Of a stretch of 64,000 nucleotides of DNA, positions 19,193 to 30,482 are shown piece by piece. Under the pieces are notes generated by a model that was given only the letters and a program-made list of their open reading frames with translations, was not told the origin of the DNA and ran no database searches. Source of the DNA: a bacterium. Its GTDB lineage: Bacteria > Electryoneota > RPQS01. The position numbers and the translations under genes were made by a program. The DNA is taken from assembly GCA_016703065.1 (NCBI GenBank), contig JADJCU010000003.1:457045-521044 (forward strand), given 5' to 3'. Positions within the stretch are counted from its first letter, which is position 1, and each line of letters opens with the position of its first letter.

Positions 19193-20749
19193 ATGAAGAC
19201 AGCATCAACAAAATGGCTTCCATGGTTAGCGCTTGTTATCATTGCGAGTGTCGGCCTTTACATCTGGTTATTTTGGGGCAACAGCGACCATACCGGAACC
19301 GACTCAACGCAATCATTGACTACCGAAATTTACACATGTCCCATGGATCCGCAGGTTCAAGAGGATAAGCCCGGAAAGTGCCCAATTTGCGGCATGAACC
19401 TCGTTCTTAGGAAAGCCGATTTGACTCAACCAAAGAGTGATAAGTCGGAGAGCCCCGAGAAGGAAACGAATTCTGAAAGCACTGAAAAATATCAGTGTCC
19501 GATGCACCCGGCCATCGTTCAGGATCATCCGGGTGATTGCCCAATCTGCGGAATGAAGCTTGTTAAGATGAAGGGGTCGGCATCTGACCAATCGAAGCCG
19601 AGTTCGTCATCGTCACACAAAGTGGCCTTCTATCGCTCGCCGATGGACCCAAACCAGACATCTCCAGTACCCCGCAAGGATGAGATGGGTATGGACTATC
19701 TTCCCGTATATGAAGAGGATTCAAGTGGCGACACTGATGTTAAAGACCGTGCAGCGGTTGAGATTGACCCGACACGACAGCAATTGATCGGACTGCGAAC
19801 GGCGAAGGCCGAGCGAGCGGGCATTGCTGGAGGCTGGCGAACTGTCGGGCGCGTCGAAATTGACCCGACAAGAGTTAGCCGCATCAATGTCAAAGTAACA
19901 GGATTCGTTGAGCACGTATTTGTAGATTTCGTAGGTCGTGCTGTGAAGCGGGGAGAGCCATTATTCACACTTTATAGCCCTGATTTGCTTGCTGCACAAC
20001 AAGAGTATGTCCTTGCATTAGAGAATCGCAAGAACAACACGTATGACGGTCAGGCAGCTATGTATGACGCCGTTATATCTGCAGTGCGAAAGAAGCTCAA
20101 GAATTGGGACGTGCCCGAGTCCGCAATCGCTCGATTGGAGGAGACAAGGGAAACAACTAAGGCATTGACTTTCACCTCTCCGGTCAGTGGAGTTGTAACT
20201 TCGAAAGATGTAGTCGAGGGGGCAACACTTGAACCTGGTGCTGTTCCGTACGAGATAACTGATTTGAACGTAGCTTGGGTTATGGCGGATGCGTACCAGC
20301 TTGATCTCGCACAAGTACATATGGGAACACGAGCATCCATGTCATTCGACGCTTTGCCTGATCGTGTGATTATCGGCACAGTGGCATTTGTTGATCCGAT
20401 TCTGGACGTGCAAAGCAGGACGGCCAAAGTTAGGCTTGAAGTACAAAATGAAGACGGTGAACTGAAGCCAGGCATGTTTGGAGAAGTGCTGTTTAGAGGA
20501 GAAAGCCGCGAGTCATTGACGATTCCGTCTGATGCCTTGATTCCGACTGGAAGGGGATTCTATGTCTTTGTCGCATTGGGCGAGGGTAGGTTTGAACCAC
20601 GTTCCGTCAAGCTTGGAGAGAAGTCGAGCGACAGAGTTGAAATTATAGAGGGTCTTAGCGAAGGAGAATCAGTTGTAACGCGTGCCAACTTCCTCGTAGA
20701 CTCAGAATCGTCTTTGCGCGCTGCGCTATCAGCGGTGGAAGGCAACTAG
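19193..20749 (+). CDS. cusB: RND efflux periplasmic adaptor (CusB-like) with two N-terminal CPxCGM heavy-metal-binding domains
   Basis: YTCPMDPQVQEDKPGKCPICGMNL and YQCPMHPAIVQDHPGDCPICGMKL, followed by an MFP/HlyD-type barrel-sandwich region. Confidence 0.85.
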   Translation: MKTASTKWLPWLALVIIASVGLYIWLFWGNSDHTGTDSTQSLTTEIYTCPMDPQVQEDKPGKCPICGMNLVLRKADLTQPKSDKSESPEKETNSESTEKYQCPMHPAIVQDHPGDCPICGMKLVKMKGSASDQSKPSSSSSHKVAFYRSPMDPNQTSPVPRKDEMGMDYLPVYEEDSSGDTDVKDRAAVEIDPTRQQLIGLRTAKAERAGIAGGWRTVGRVEIDPTRVSRINVKVTGFVEHVFVDFVGRAVKRGEPLFTLYSPDLLAAQQEYVLALENRKNNTYDGQAAMYDAVISAVRKKLKNWDVPESAIARLEETRETTKALTFTSPVSGVVTSKDVVEGATLEPGAVPYEITDLNVAWVMADAYQLDLAQVHMGTRASMSFDALPDRVIIGTVAFVDPILDVQSRTAKVRLEVQNEDGELKPGMFGEVLFRGESRESLTIPSDALIPTGRGFYVFVALGEGRFEPRSVKLGEKSSDRVEIIEGLSEGESVVTRANFLVDSESSLRAALSAVEGN

Positions 20750-20751
20750 CG

Positions 20752-23700
20752 ATGCAGGAAAACTTAACAGTTCTCCAGCGCATCATCCGTTTCTCTGCTG
20801 AGAATCGCTGGCTTGTCATTGCGGCGACGCTTGTGGCAATCGTGATTGCTGCCTGGACCATGCAGAATATTCCATTGGACGCGTTGCCCGACTTGTCTGA
20901 CACACAAGTAATCGTTTATTCACGTTGGGACCGGAGCCCGGATATCATTGAGGATCAGGTCACATACCCGATCGTCAGTTCGCTGCTTGGTGCGCCGAAG
21001 GTCAAAGCCATCCGTGGATACTCGGATTTCGGGTACAGCTTTGTCTATGTTATCTTCGAAGACGGAACAGACATTTACTGGGCGCGAACACGGGTACTGG
21101 AGTATCTTTCCAAGATCACAGCACAGCTGCCAGCCGGTGTAAAAACGGAGTTAGGGCCGGATGCGACTAGTCTCGGCTGGGTCTTTCAATACGCGCTCAT
21201 TGACCGCTCGGGCAAGAACACAAGCGACGAGTTACGCAGCTACCAGGACTGGTATCTTCGTTATGCGATCTCGTCTGTTCCCGGCGTTGCAGAAGTTGCC
21301 GCAGTTGGGGGTCAGGTCAGACAGTATCAGATTACCGTTGATCCCAATGCCTTGGCTGCTTACAACCTACCGCTTGAAGCTGTCATACAAGCGGTACGCA
21401 AGGGCAACAATGATGTCGGCGGAAGGTTAGTTGAAATTTCAGGCCGTGAATACATGGTCCGAGGACGTGGGTATGTGGAGTCCATCGCGGATCTGGAACA
21501 GCTCGTTCTAATGTCCGAAGGCGGGACGCCGGTTACAGTCAAAGATGTCGCGACGGTTGCACTCGGTCCGGAGTTGCGACGGGGTATTACTGATTACAAT
21601 GGTGAAGGCGACGTTGTAGGCGGAATTGTCGTCATGCGGCAGGGCGAGAACGCGCTAAATGTTATCGAACGAATCAAGGCTAAGATTGAAGAGCTAAAGC
21701 CTTCGCTTCCCGAAGGTGTCGAAATCGTCACGACCTATGATCGTTCAGAATTGATCGGACGCGCAATCGATACAGTCAAAGGCAAGTTGATCGAAGAGCT
21801 CATCATTGTCTCGATTATCATCCTGATCTTCCTTTGGCATATCCCATCTGCTGTTGTTCCGATTGTCACAATTCCGATTAGTGTGATCTTGGCATTTATT
21901 CCCATGTACATGATGGGTTTGACTGCGAACATTATGTCTCTGGCAGGAATTGCGATTTCAGTTGGTGTATTGGTTGACGGGGCGATTGTTGAAGTCGAGA
22001 ACGCGTACAACAAGATTTACCATTGGCAAGCCGGAGGTATGAAAGGGGACTTCCACAAAGTGCGACTCGACGCGTTGATGGAAGTGGGGCCGACTGTCTT
22101 CTTTTCACTATTAGTAATTGCGGTCGCGTTCATCCCGGTGTTTACGTTGGTAGATCAGGAAGGCCGGTTGTTCAAGCCACTCGCCTTTTCCAAGAACATT
22201 GCGATGGCGATTGCAGCGGTGCTGGCCATCACACTTGATCCGGCGCTGCGAATGATGTTTGCACGGATTGAGCCATTCAAGTTTCGACCCAGATTTCTGG
22301 CCTGGACTGCGACGAAGTTTGCGGTTGGGACTTACTACTCAGAGGAAAAGCACCCTATCAGCAGGTTCTTGCATAGGATTTATGAGCCTCCCTGTCGCTT
22401 TGTTCTTCGCCACCCCAAAGCAACGATCTTTGCGAGTTTTCTGTTAGTCGCGTTGACCATCCCAGTCTATCTGCAGCTTGGTCATGAATTCATGCCGCCC
22501 TTGCGTGAAGGCAGCTTGCTTTACATGCCTTCTGCAGTTCAGCCCGGAATGTCAGTCGCTGAAGCGCAGAAGGCATTGCAGGTGCAGGATAAGCTGCTCA
22601 TGACGTTCCCTGAAGTTGATCGCGTATTTGGAAAAGCCGGTCGTGCCGAAACATCTACCGATCCGGCTCCATTCACGATGATGGAAACAACAATCTTGTT
22701 GAAACCCGAATCTGAATGGCGGGAAAACCCACGCTGGTATTCAAATTGGTCGCCAGAATGGCTGAAATCAATCCTTCGAACCGTATGGCGTGACCGGATT
22801 ACTGAGGCCAAACTTGTCAGCGAAATGGACGAACGTCTGCAACTTCCCGGGATTAGCAACGCATGGACAATGCCGATCAAGGCTCGCCTTGACATGTTAT
22901 CGACCGGAATTCGCACACCCGTAGGCATCAAGATATCTGGAAGTGATCTCACTGTAGTGCAGCAAATCGCAGTCGAGATGGAATCGGCGTTGCAGGGAGT
23001 TCCGGATACACGAAGTGTGTATGCAGAGCGCGTTGCAGGGGGGTATTTTCTTGACTTTGATTTGCGCCGCGACCAACTTGCCCGCTATGGGCTAACTGTT
23101 GATGACGCAAACATGATGGTGATGACTGCGGTGGGCGGAGATAATCAGACGACGACCGTAGAAGGTCGGGCACGGTATGGTGTCAATGTGCGTTATGCCC
23201 GTGACTACCGCGACAATCTCGACGCGCTTCAGCGCGTGCTCATATCGCTGCCGAATGGTCAAGGGCAAATTCCGATGTCTGAAATCGCAGACATAAAGCT
23301 CGTCGAAGGGCCGGCAATGATCCGCGATGAGAATGGCTTACTTGCGGGTTACGTCTATGTCGACTTTGATCCGTCTAAGGTTGATGTGGGTGGTTATGTT
23401 GAGCATGCCAAGCAAGCCGTAGCAGCATTAGTAAAGATTCCCACAGGTTATTCCGTGGTATGGAGTGGTTAGTACGAAAATATGCTGCGAGTTAAGGAAC
23501 GCCTCAAGCTCATTATTCCGTTGACGCTGATTTTGATCTTCGGACTTTTGTACATGAACACGAGGTCGAGCTTAAAGTCGCTTGTGGTTATGCTGGCAGT
23601 CCCGTTCTCTGCCATCGGTGCTGTTTGGCTGATGTACTTGCTCGGTTACAACGTCTCTATCGCTGCGTGGGTAGGCATGATCGCATTGCTTGGACTCGAT

Positions 23701-24078
23701 GCTGAGACGGGCGTTTTCATGTTGTTATTCCTTGATCTTTCGCACAACGAAGCAAAGGCGCGAGGGCAATTGCGAACCACGGGAGACTTAGTTGAAGCGA
23801 TTGTACACGGAGCCGTCAAGCGTGTTCGTCCGAAAGCCATGACCGTATGCGCCGCTTTTATTGGACTACTCCCCATTATGTGGTCTACCGGGGCAGGTTC
23901 AGACCTGATGAAACGTGTGGCAGCGCCAATGGTAGGAGGATTGGTTACCTCTTTTGCCTTGGAATTGCTGGTCTATCCAGCGATCTACTATCTTTGGAAA
24001 CGCAAATCAGTCGTTCCCGGCCCGGAATCGCCTGCTGACAACGGCGAGAATTCCGCGACAACACTTGCTCCATGCTAA
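20752..24078 (+). pseudogene. cusA: CusA/CzcA-family heavy-metal RND transporter interrupted by an in-frame TAG
   Basis: 906-aa and 198-aa ORFs are in the same frame, separated by TAG at 23470-23472 in the context WSG*YENMLRVKERLK, where the family has WSGQ(F/Y)E. Confidence 0.9.
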
Positions 24079-24140
24079 GATTCCAATCATAACAAAAATT
24101 CACTTCGCCACACAACGACCTAACGTCAAAGGGCTCCCCT

Positions 24141-25628
24141 ATGTCTAGGACTTTTTACATTCTCCTGATGTCGGCAATTTTTGCTGTCGCCATTTTTATC
24201 GGTTGCAAGAGCAGCGATGATGACAACACGCAGGTTGTCGACGACCAAGTGCTCGTAACTATTACGCCAGCGGACAACGTCGTCAATGTGCCGACTCAAT
24301 CTGTCATTACGGTAAACTTTAGTCACGCGATGATGGCCATGGACCACATGGACGAGATGTTCATGTTGCACCAAGGATGGGGAATCGGCGCGGCGGAAAT
24401 TGCCGTTTCATATTCGTGGAATAGCGACAACACTATTTTGACCATGCAGCCTACTGTAGAACTGCAAGAAAACATGACCTACACTGTTCACCTTATGGGC
24501 ATGATGATGGGTATGGACGGCATGATGTACCATATGATGATGGACACAATGGGAATGGGCGGCATGGGCAACGGGATGATGATGGGTGGCATGGGTGATG
24601 AGGAAGTTCGGACGGCGTTTTCTACTGGACCCGCAATCGTCCATCAAATCACCTTGGACATTTCGCAAGACGTTATCTTTGTAGCAGACGGCGGGTCAGG
24701 TGATATCGCGGTGATTGACCCAGCAACTAACACTTTAATTGGAATCCAACCCATTGATACGGTAGGCTATCTACACCATCTCTATCTTTCGGCAGATCGC
24801 ACGAAGCTGATTGTATCAGACCCGAACGAGGATTTGAGCGCTGGACATGAATCGAGTGGAGGTCATGGTGGTCACGGCGGGGGAAATGAAACAGTGATGT
24901 CCAGGATTATCCTGCTGGATTCACGTACGTTGCTTGAAACAAATCGGATTGTCTTTGAGGGTATGACTCACAATGCGACTATGACACCCGACGGTGAATT
25001 TATCATTGCAGCCAATACGATCCACAATATGGTACACAAATACTCTGCATCGACTTTCGTTGAAGTTGGAAGTTACATGGTCGGTGCATCTCCACTTGAG
25101 GTGACACTGACGCCAGATGGCGAACACGCCTTGACTGCGAACAACGGTTCAGGGACCGTTTCCAAGGTGCACTTCGAGGAATCTGCCGCTGTTCAGCAAG
25201 TCAATGTAGGTAGCGGCCCCGTGGGCGCCTGGATCACACCAGACGGCACACAAGCATGGGTGACCAACGAAGTGTCAAAGACAATTTCTGTTATCACAAT
25301 TGATCCGTTTGCGGTGGATACGACTTTAGCGCTCGGTTACACCCCCGGCCAGGCGATCCAGAATCCGACCCGCAGTGAAGTGTACGTAGCAGATGAAGAC
25401 AACGGATCCGTGCATGTCTTTGATCTGGCGACACGTATATGGGTAGCAAATATTACCACTGGAGCGCGTGCACACGGAATCGCTTTCAAACCGGACGGCA
25501 GCCGGGCTTATGTAATGAACGAAATGGACGGATCTGTCTCTGTGATTGACTGTGAATCAAGAACAGTCGTAGCAACTGTCAGTGTAGGTGTTCTTCCAAA
25601 TGGGATTATCTACCGATCAGCTTTGTAG
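24141..25628 (+). CDS. Lipoprotein with Ig-like N-domain, Met/His-rich segment and YVTN-type beta-propeller repeats
   Basis: Lipobox AIFIGC. Met-rich run MGMMMGMDGMMYHMMMDTMGMGGMGNGMMMGGMG and HESSGGHGGHGG. Repeated ...D(G/N)GS..V(I/F)D... propeller blades. Confidence 0.7.
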   Translation: MSRTFYILLMSAIFAVAIFIGCKSSDDDNTQVVDDQVLVTITPADNVVNVPTQSVITVNFSHAMMAMDHMDEMFMLHQGWGIGAAEIAVSYSWNSDNTILTMQPTVELQENMTYTVHLMGMMMGMDGMMYHMMMDTMGMGGMGNGMMMGGMGDEEVRTAFSTGPAIVHQITLDISQDVIFVADGGSGDIAVIDPATNTLIGIQPIDTVGYLHHLYLSADRTKLIVSDPNEDLSAGHESSGGHGGHGGGNETVMSRIILLDSRTLLETNRIVFEGMTHNATMTPDGEFIIAANTIHNMVHKYSASTFVEVGSYMVGASPLEVTLTPDGEHALTANNGSGTVSKVHFEESAAVQQVNVGSGPVGAWITPDGTQAWVTNEVSKTISVITIDPFAVDTTLALGYTPGQAIQNPTRSEVYVADEDNGSVHVFDLATRIWVANITTGARAHGIAFKPDGSRAYVMNEMDGSVSVIDCESRTVVATVSVGVLPNGIIYRSAL

Positions 25629-25692
25629 CATAGCGATATGGAACATTCTATAACGGTCTCTGGTCTAATAAACAACAGAAAGAGAAACGACA

Positions 25693-26373
25693 ATGGGAAT
25701 CACAATGATCATCGCGATGGGCGCAATGATGGCTGCCATGGCTGTAGGTGCAATAGTTACTCGGGACTCAGGACATCATCAGACTGCTTACTACCAGGCA
25801 ACGACAGAGAGCTGTTGCGCCGACCAGGCAGCAATACTTTCTGGTGGTAATGAGCAATCGGGAGTGCTGCTCGCTTCTGCCGATCAAATGGACACCAAGG
25901 CTGCCTCACCCGACGCACACTCTGAGGCTAAACTGTCTTATCCGATTGACTACTGCATCGTGTCGGGCGAGAAGCTGGGCGAAATGGGTGACCCGGTGAC
26001 GAAGGTATACGAGGGACGCGAAGTTAAGTTCTGCTGTAATATGTGCCCTGAGAAGTTTGAAAAAGATCAGGCAAAATTCATGAAGAAACTTGATGACGCG
26101 ATCATCGCCAAGCAGAAACCCGGCTATCCGCTCCAAACCTGTATTGTAAGCGGAGAGGAATTCGGCGGAGAAATGGGCGATCCTGTTAACTTCGTTTATG
26201 ACAACCAATACTTCAAACTATGTTGCAAGGCTTGCATCAAAGATATCAAGAACGACCCCGCCAAATACATGCAGAAGCTCGAGACCGCATACAAGTCAGG
26301 TGCTGTTCCGACTTCATCTGAAACAGACGAGAAGGCCACCGACCAGAAGGACGGTCATGAAGGTCATCACTAA
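25693..26373 (+). CDS. Protein with two tandem YHS/TRASH-like Cys modules, putative metal-binding
   Basis: Two internal repeats: YPIDYCIVSGEKLGEMGDPVTKVYEGREVKFCCNMCPEKFEKDQAKFMKKL and YPLQTCIVSGEEFGGEMGDPVNFVYDNQYFKLCCKACIKDIKNDPAKYMQKL. His-rich C-terminus. Confidence 0.6.
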   Translation: MGITMIIAMGAMMAAMAVGAIVTRDSGHHQTAYYQATTESCCADQAAILSGGNEQSGVLLASADQMDTKAASPDAHSEAKLSYPIDYCIVSGEKLGEMGDPVTKVYEGREVKFCCNMCPEKFEKDQAKFMKKLDDAIIAKQKPGYPLQTCIVSGEEFGGEMGDPVNFVYDNQYFKLCCKACIKDIKNDPAKYMQKLETAYKSGAVPTSSETDEKATDQKDGHEGHH

Positions 26374-27229
26374 GTTGCGTAGGCTTGGATTGGCTCTTAT
26401 AGTAATAGTGGGGCTCACCGGAGCCCCGCTTACCCTTTCGCAGTCTGCCGTTGTCGAACCGGTCCGCAACGATTTCTGTCCCGTGTTGCCAGACGAGAAG
26501 ATAGATTCGACAATCTACACAGACTATGAGGGACAGCGGGTGTATTTCTGTTGTACTCGTTGTCGCCGCGACTTCATTCGAAATCCTGAACTTTACTTGG
26601 CGAACCTTCCGCAATCTGGTTCGGTGAAGTCTACAATCCCGAACTCTGAAGGACACCAGGACAGCGTTGCACATTTCATGGAGGAAAGTTCTGATCTGGA
26701 ACACAAACACCCAGGAGATGAGCACGCCTCGACGCATGAAGGCCAGCATGACCATGCAATAGATCATGGTCGAGATGACGATTCCACAGCGAAATTGATC
26801 AATTTTGCAGGAAAATTTCACCCGCTTGTGGTCCACTTTCCAATCGCGTTGCTCATTACTGCGGCGCTTGCGGAATTGTCTTCGTGGATTACTCGCAAGA
26901 AGAGATTGCAAGCGCTTAGCCGACACTTCATTTACTTCACAGCAATCTGCACTGTCGTAGCTGCCACGCTGGGTTGGGCCGCCGCATGGAACGCACGCTA
27001 TCCGACCGAAGTCGCGCAGTACTTAACCTTCCATCGCTGGGTCGGTATTTCGGTTGCCGGGCTATCCGTGGTTGCAGCATGTTTAGCATGGGCAGCAGAG
27101 CGACCAGTGTCACCTTCATGGCAAAAGTGAGCATTTCGTGGAGCACTCTTGCTTGCTGCTGTCGGAGCAGGGTTCTCGGGACATCTCGGCTCTATACTGG
27201 TGTTTGGTCCCGACCACTTCGCATTCTAA
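26357..27229 (+). pseudogene. YHS-like domain, His-rich linker and DUF2231 membrane domain protein, interrupted by an in-frame TGA
   Basis: Start reassigned to ATG 26357 (signal-like MKVITKLRRLGLALIVIVGL). DFCPVL...YFCCTRCRRDFIRNPELY module. HPLVVHFPIALL is DUF2231-like. TGA at 27128-27130 is followed in frame by AFRGALLLAAVGAGFSGHLGSILVFGPDHFAF*. Confidence 0.65.
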
Positions 27230-27309
27230 GCATCAATTTCTGCCCGGAATGGTGCGTGTAGACGAACTCAGCAACGAGCGAGAGACGACTTTACCCTTAC
27301 CTACAACTT

Positions 27310-29103
27310 TTGTATATTCCCACCATGGTTGTTTTTGGCAAAATCGGCAGGCGCCTTCTCGGATGGTTTATGCTTGTGGCCTTGATTCCATTGCTCTTTA
27401 TGGGCTATCAGGGCTACTATTTCGCGCGCCTTGCTGTTAAGAAAGAGGCTTATCTTCATATTCAAGCAATCTCGCAGCAGAAAAAGAGTCAGATAGAACA
27501 GTGGTTTACCGAGCGGAGAGCAGACACTGAAGTCCTGTCGGCAAATCCCTCAATTCTGGAGGCCTGTCAATCAGAATCAGTTTCGGCAGACAAACGGCAG
27601 AGTCTTGAGAGACTGCTGGATTCCTATAAAGCACAATCACAAGCTTACGAGTTCATTTGTGTTTACTCTTTATCTGGAGCAATGCTAGCTTGCACAAAGC
27701 ACACTGATGAAACTTTGGCAGAGATGCATGACTTTGTCCTTGAAGCTACAAATTCAAGTCAGGCGGTGACAAGTCCTATTCACCTTCACGACGAGTTTGG
27801 GCTAACGATTCATCTTAGCGACCGCGTTACTAATGAGTCCGGGGAATCAGTGGGTGTCGTCATCACGACGCTTGGGTTGGATTACACCTTGAATCCGATT
27901 ATTCTCGACACGACAGGACTTGGGTTCTCCGGACAAGCCTACTTGGTTGACAAGAACAAAGTAATGCTCACACCATCGCGTTTCATGAACCACCCAAAGC
28001 CACTGACTCATACAATGGATTCGCAGGGAATTCAACGGGCTCTGCAGGGTTTAAGCGGTGTAGATCTATATCACGACTTTGAAGGCCGCGACGTTATTGG
28101 AGCGTGGGAGTATTTGCCGGATGAAGGTTGGGCACTTATTACTGAGATTGACGCAAACGAAGCATTTGCGTCATTACAGATGCTACGCCGGAACGCAATG
28201 TTGGTTGCCCTTGGGACGATTGGATTGATTCTCATCGTGGTCGCGTTTATCTCGCGGTCATTAAGCAAGCCAATCAGGCAATTGGCAAACGCGAGCTCCG
28301 CTGTTTCAAAGGGTGACTTGGACAGGAGAGTTGTCATTCAGTTGAAGGACGAGTTGGGCGATTTGGCCACGAGTTTTAATCAGATGGTTCAGTCGCTAAA
28401 GGATTCGCAAAAGCAGCTTGTACTATCGGAGCGACTCGCTGCAATCGGCGAGCTTGTTGCCAGCGTTGTCCATGAGATCCGAAATCCGCTTTCTGCCATC
28501 AAAATGAATCTGCGAATATTGGAAACGAAGGATATCCGAGGCGAGCTGGTTCATTCAGAGCATTTCCAATTGGCAAAGAATCAAACCGAGCGCATTGAAA
28601 CCATGCTGACGGAACTCTTAGATTACTCAAGAACAGTCACAATCCAGAAACGTAAAATAACAGTTCAGGAGATATCCGACCGTGTAACAAAAGAGTTTTC
28701 AACGCTGCTCGATGGGCACAAAATAGAGATGCATACGAGACTTCACAACCCGTTGGACGTTGTTAGCATTGATGACGAGAGATTCATGCAAGTATTCTGG
28801 AATTTAATCATGAATTCCGTGCAGGCAATTGAAGTTTCAGGTCGGTCGGTCGGAAAGATTGAATTGGTTACAGAATCAAATCCAGATGAGATTATTCTTA
28901 TCCTCAAAGACAATGGCAATGGTATTCAGGGCGATGCAATGAAGCACGTCTTTGAACCATTCTTTACAACAAGGAAGAGCGGTACGGGACTTGGTTTATC
29001 TATTGTTAAAAAGATTATCGACTCGCACGGAGGACATGTCACGTGCATGAGCCAGCTAAACAAAGGAACCGAGATTATCATTTCACTGCCACGGCCAACG
29101 TAG
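27310..29103 (+). CDS. Sensor histidine kinase (periplasmic Cache-like domain, HAMP, HisKA, HATPase)
   Basis: Two TM segments flank a ~270-aa extracytoplasmic region. H-box VASVVHEIRNPLSAI. N/G boxes NLIMNSVQA, DNGNGI, GTGLGLSIV. Confidence 0.9.
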   Translation: MYIPTMVVFGKIGRRLLGWFMLVALIPLLFMGYQGYYFARLAVKKEAYLHIQAISQQKKSQIEQWFTERRADTEVLSANPSILEACQSESVSADKRQSLERLLDSYKAQSQAYEFICVYSLSGAMLACTKHTDETLAEMHDFVLEATNSSQAVTSPIHLHDEFGLTIHLSDRVTNESGESVGVVITTLGLDYTLNPIILDTTGLGFSGQAYLVDKNKVMLTPSRFMNHPKPLTHTMDSQGIQRALQGLSGVDLYHDFEGRDVIGAWEYLPDEGWALITEIDANEAFASLQMLRRNAMLVALGTIGLILIVVAFISRSLSKPIRQLANASSAVSKGDLDRRVVIQLKDELGDLATSFNQMVQSLKDSQKQLVLSERLAAIGELVASVVHEIRNPLSAIKMNLRILETKDIRGELVHSEHFQLAKNQTERIETMLTELLDYSRTVTIQKRKITVQEISDRVTKEFSTLLDGHKIEMHTRLHNPLDVVSIDDERFMQVFWNLIMNSVQAIEVSGRSVGKIELVTESNPDEIILILKDNGNGIQGDAMKHVFEPFFTTRKSGTGLGLSIVKKIIDSHGGHVTCMSQLNKGTEIIISLPRPT

Positions 29104-29104
29104 T

Positions 29105-30427
29105 ATGGAAAAAATTCTAATCATTGATGACGATGCCGCCATTCGCCGAACAATGGAACTTCACTTGGCCGACAAAGGATTCCGTGTAGTTTGCGGCGAT
29201 AGCCTCAAGGCAGGCAAAGAGCTCTGGAATCGCCACAATCCTGAAATTGTGCTCTTGGATTTGAAACTGCCGGACGGCGAGGGCACTACGCTTCTGAAGG
29301 AACAAGTGGAAGCCGGTAGCCGGGCGATAGTATTGATGATTACAGGTCACCAGGATATGGACTATGCTATCCGAGCGATGAAACACGGTGCCTTTAATTA
29401 TCTCCACAAACCGTTGAACATCGACGAATTGGACCTGTCTCTTGAAGGAGCGGTCCGAGAGCTTCGCGTAAGTCGAAGAACCATTGCGACGAATCGACCT
29501 GAAGATGAGTTCAAGCCAGGACGAATTGCCGGTGTCAGCGCGTCTATCCTTGATACACACAAGCAAATCGGGATGGCGGCTAAATCGAAAGTAAATGTGC
29601 TTATTAACGGAGAAAGTGGTACGGGGAAAGAACTTGTTGCGAGGGCAATCCATCAGAACTCGACACCTGAAGAACCATTTGTGGCCGTGAACTGCTCTGC
29701 GATTGTTTCACAGCTCATGGAGTCGGAAATGTTTGGCCATGAGAGAGGTGCATTTACCGGAGCTGTCGACCGGAAACTGGGGAAATGCGAATACGCTGGG
29801 CATGGCACACTATTCCTGGATGAGATTGGCGATTTGTCTTTTGAGCTACAGGCAAAACTGCTGCGAGTCCTGCAGGAGCGATATTTTGAACGGGTCGGAG
29901 GAACCTCACAAATTCCGTTTCGGGCTCGTGTCATCGCAGCTACGCACCAACGCCTCGAAAGCATGATAGAGACTCACGAGTTTCGTGAAGATTTGTACTT
30001 CCGGCTGAAGGTGTTTCAAATCAACTTGCTTCCGCTCCGTGAGCGAAAAGAAGACATACCGCCACTTGTGCATCATCTGCTTGAAAAAATCAATTTAGAG
30101 CTGCATAGAAAGGTGAACAAAGTCCCAGATCTAGTAGTGAAGCGGCTTATGAACTATTCATGGCCGGGCAATGTTCGTGAACTGGAGAACGTGTTGACAC
30201 AGGCGGTCGTTCGAAGCACAGGCGATACGTTGTCTGTGGATTTTCTGGAACCAGCGGCGTACTCAGCTGCAGCTAAAAGAGAACTTAGAACCATGGCAGA
30301 AGTCGAAAAAGAGCATATCGAATGGGTATTAGGACAAGTTGGCGGGAACTTGGGAAAAGCTTGCGAAGTATTGGGGATTACACGTCCGACTTTACGAAAG
30401 AAGATGGACGATTACGGAATTAGTTAG
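29105..30427 (+). CDS. Sigma-54-dependent response regulator (NtrC/ZraR-like)
   Basis: REC domain (VLLDLKLPDGEG), AAA+ activator motifs GESGTGKE and ERGAFTGA (GAFTGA), and a C-terminal Fis-type HTH. Confidence 0.9.
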   Translation: MEKILIIDDDAAIRRTMELHLADKGFRVVCGDSLKAGKELWNRHNPEIVLLDLKLPDGEGTTLLKEQVEAGSRAIVLMITGHQDMDYAIRAMKHGAFNYLHKPLNIDELDLSLEGAVRELRVSRRTIATNRPEDEFKPGRIAGVSASILDTHKQIGMAAKSKVNVLINGESGTGKELVARAIHQNSTPEEPFVAVNCSAIVSQLMESEMFGHERGAFTGAVDRKLGKCEYAGHGTLFLDEIGDLSFELQAKLLRVLQERYFERVGGTSQIPFRARVIAATHQRLESMIETHEFREDLYFRLKVFQINLLPLRERKEDIPPLVHHLLEKINLELHRKVNKVPDLVVKRLMNYSWPGNVRELENVLTQAVVRSTGDTLSVDFLEPAAYSAAAKRELRTMAEVEKEHIEWVLGQVGGNLGKACEVLGITRPTLRKKMDDYGIS

Positions 30428-30482
30428 TGCTGTCGGCAAGCAGTGTTAACTGGGGAATGTGAATTAATCGAAAGGAGAGATC

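Noticed and set aside
23470-27130. Stop-codon reassignment, pyrrolysine or selenocysteine as an explanation for the in-frame TAG (cusA) and TGA (DUF2231 gene)
   Set aside because: TAG and TGA clearly terminate neighbouring well-conserved genes (for example the Ubl and E1 genes end in TAG; the NMO-family and GT2 genes end in TGA). Only single occurrences are seen, and no SECIS-like hairpin or pyl/sel genes are visible. Point mutations or base-call errors are simpler explanations.
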